This document shows, piece by piece, positions 62,501 through 64,000 of a stretch of 64,000 nt of DNA; the stretch's first letter is position 1, and each line of letters begins with the position of its first letter. The DNA comes from Paraspadella gotoi (Eukaryota > Animalia > Chaetognatha), in the NCBI GenBank assembly GCA_051294375.1, contig CM119264.1:7821301-7885300 (forward strand), in the 5' to 3' direction. Under the pieces are notes generated by a model, which was given only the letters and a program-made list of their open reading frames with translations, did not search any database and was not told where the DNA came from. The position numbers and the translations under genes were made by a program.

Positions 62501-64000
62501 GTGCATCCCCGTTGAACAATTCTACATCGCCCGTTTCTCATTCCGGGGTAAGAGGGAGAAACTAATAATAAAATATTTTTTTATCTAGTACTGCCTTTTG
62601 AACCATTGGCTAATTGGTTAGCTCATAGCATACAGCAATTATCGGGTCCCTCTCAAGAAAGACTTAACGTCTTTACTTGTCTCCCTTAACAATCGAGCTT
62701 TGATTTTACCCTTAGACTCACGTAACTCTATGGATTTCGATTGTTTCTCAATTGACTTTCAGTTCTCCTCGGCGAGGCCCGCTCATACAAACGGACAGAT
62801 TCAACCATTGCTGGGCAACGGGCCTCAGGCACCGCGACCGGCGCCTTCCTATCCCGTAGGCGGACGTGGAAGCGGGGGAAGCGTCGGTAGCGGGGGCAGT
62901 GGCGCTCCGAGCCCCCGGGGCTTCGCGATTCGCGGACCCGTTGGAGCCGGGTCGTCTCTAGTAACGGAGCAGGATAGGATTTTCAAAAAAGTCAGAGGGT
63001 GAGTAATTGAGTACCATTACTACTATATCTTACGTTGAATTATTGTTTTTAAATATTCAGAGCAATCTGTACTTTTTTTGCAGAATATTAAACAAATTAA
63101 CGCCGGACAAATTCGACAAACTTAGTTTAGAACTTTTAAACGTTGGCATCGATTCGCCTCAAATTTTAAAAGGCATAATATTACTGGTGAGTTAACTCAT
63201 TTGCAAGTTAATACTTAATCGATTTAACTGCTCTTAGATGAAAAACGAAGTAATAAATTAGCAAACAAATATTCTCTTTGCAGATATTCGAGAAGGCTTT
63301 GGACGAACCAAAATATAGTTCCCTCTACGCTCAACTTTGTCGTCGTCTTCACGATGACGCTCCGAATTTCGATCCCCCGAACGTGACGAGTTCGAATCCC
63401 GCCCCCGCCTCCGGAAACTCTTCCTTCTCGCGGCTGCTTCTCAACAAGTGCAAAGATGAATTCGAGAACCGCTACAAGGCCACCAACGAGTTCGAGCTCA
63501 AGCGAGCCAACAATGATGGCCGCCCGCTCTCCATCGACGAGGAAGAGCAGGTGAAAGAGCCTCGATGCCGGAGAACGTCCCAGGGTATTATCCCCTGTTC
63601 TAATTTTATTGACCACTCCTTGTGATTAAAAAATTTTTTAAAGTAACCCTCAGAATCAGTTTTCTTCTTTTATTTTTAGGCCCTCATCGCAAAATCGAAA
63701 ATGCTGGGAAACATTAAGTTCATTGGGGAACTGGGAAAACTTAACATGTTGCACGAAAGAATTTTGCATCAATGCATTAAGCAACTTTTGGAGAGGAAAA
63801 AGGAAAATCCGACCAATTGGTCGCCCGAAGATTCTGAAATGGGCAAGAAGAAAGACGTGGCTGGAAAAGCGGGCGAAGTTGAGGTTTGTTGCAGATTTAC
63901 CCGGTATCCATTAATAATTTTTAAATATTAAATAATTTTTATAAACATTTTGTATTCGTGGTACTATAAATGTTTTAGGTCAAGGAGGCAGAAAACCTGG
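59514..64000 (+). CDS. EIF4G2: Translation initiation factor eIF4G2 (DAP5/NAT1/p97), N-terminal part; continues beyond the window
   Basis: Phase-consistent exons 59514-59601, 59736-59930, 60577-60754, 60906-62329, 62420-62547, 62763-62998, 63084-63186, 63284-63550, 63680-63883, 63979-. MIF4[76 protein letters not shown] is DAP5-type. The start codon is tentative. Confidence 0.9.
60209..60253 (+). ncRNA. Minimal type-I hammerhead ribozyme motif (Penelope-type) in an eIF4G2 intron, sense strand
   Basis: aacg-CCGATGA-T-ggctt.aaaatacaa.aagcc-GAAAC-AT-GTC-cgtt. Stems I and II are perfect, GUC cleavage triplet present, core U4 changed to C. Confidence 0.7.
60351..60527 (-). mobile_element. tRNA-Gly-like dispersed repeat (SINE-like), copy 2
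   Basis: Reverse complement of 48038-48224. Confidence 0.75.

Overview
Compact, AT-rich, intron-containing metazoan (invertebrate-type) genomic DNA with about 9 protein genes in 64 kb. Exon chains were assembled by eye from GT(GC)-AG sites and reading phase. In order: (1) 3' part of an LRP4-like receptor (+) with an unusually long Ser/Pro/Arg cytoplasmic tail. (2) An orphan secreted protein with two Trp-rich acidic repeat arrays around a basic core (+). (3) A BTB-BACK-Kelch gene (+) whose 7.9-kb last intron hosts (4) a nested antisense 7-exon single-pass membrane protein gene with weak KCNE-like features. (5) An intronless Fos (-) with a CRE/AP-1/CArG-like promoter. (6) Sphingosine kinase (-). 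(7) FAM78 (-), head-to-head with (8) an MFSD4-like transporter (+). (9) 5' part of eIF4G2/DAP5 (+) carrying a ~580-aa low-complexity insertion. Non-coding DNA holds (CT)n microsatellites, an 18-bp minisatellite, MITEs, a tRNA-Gly-like dispersed repeat and four minimal Penelope-type hammerhead-ribozyme motifs, one inside a perfect 32-bp inverted repeat. Family calls rest on remembered motifs, not database searches. The first ~4 kb contains frameshifts that look like sequencing errors.
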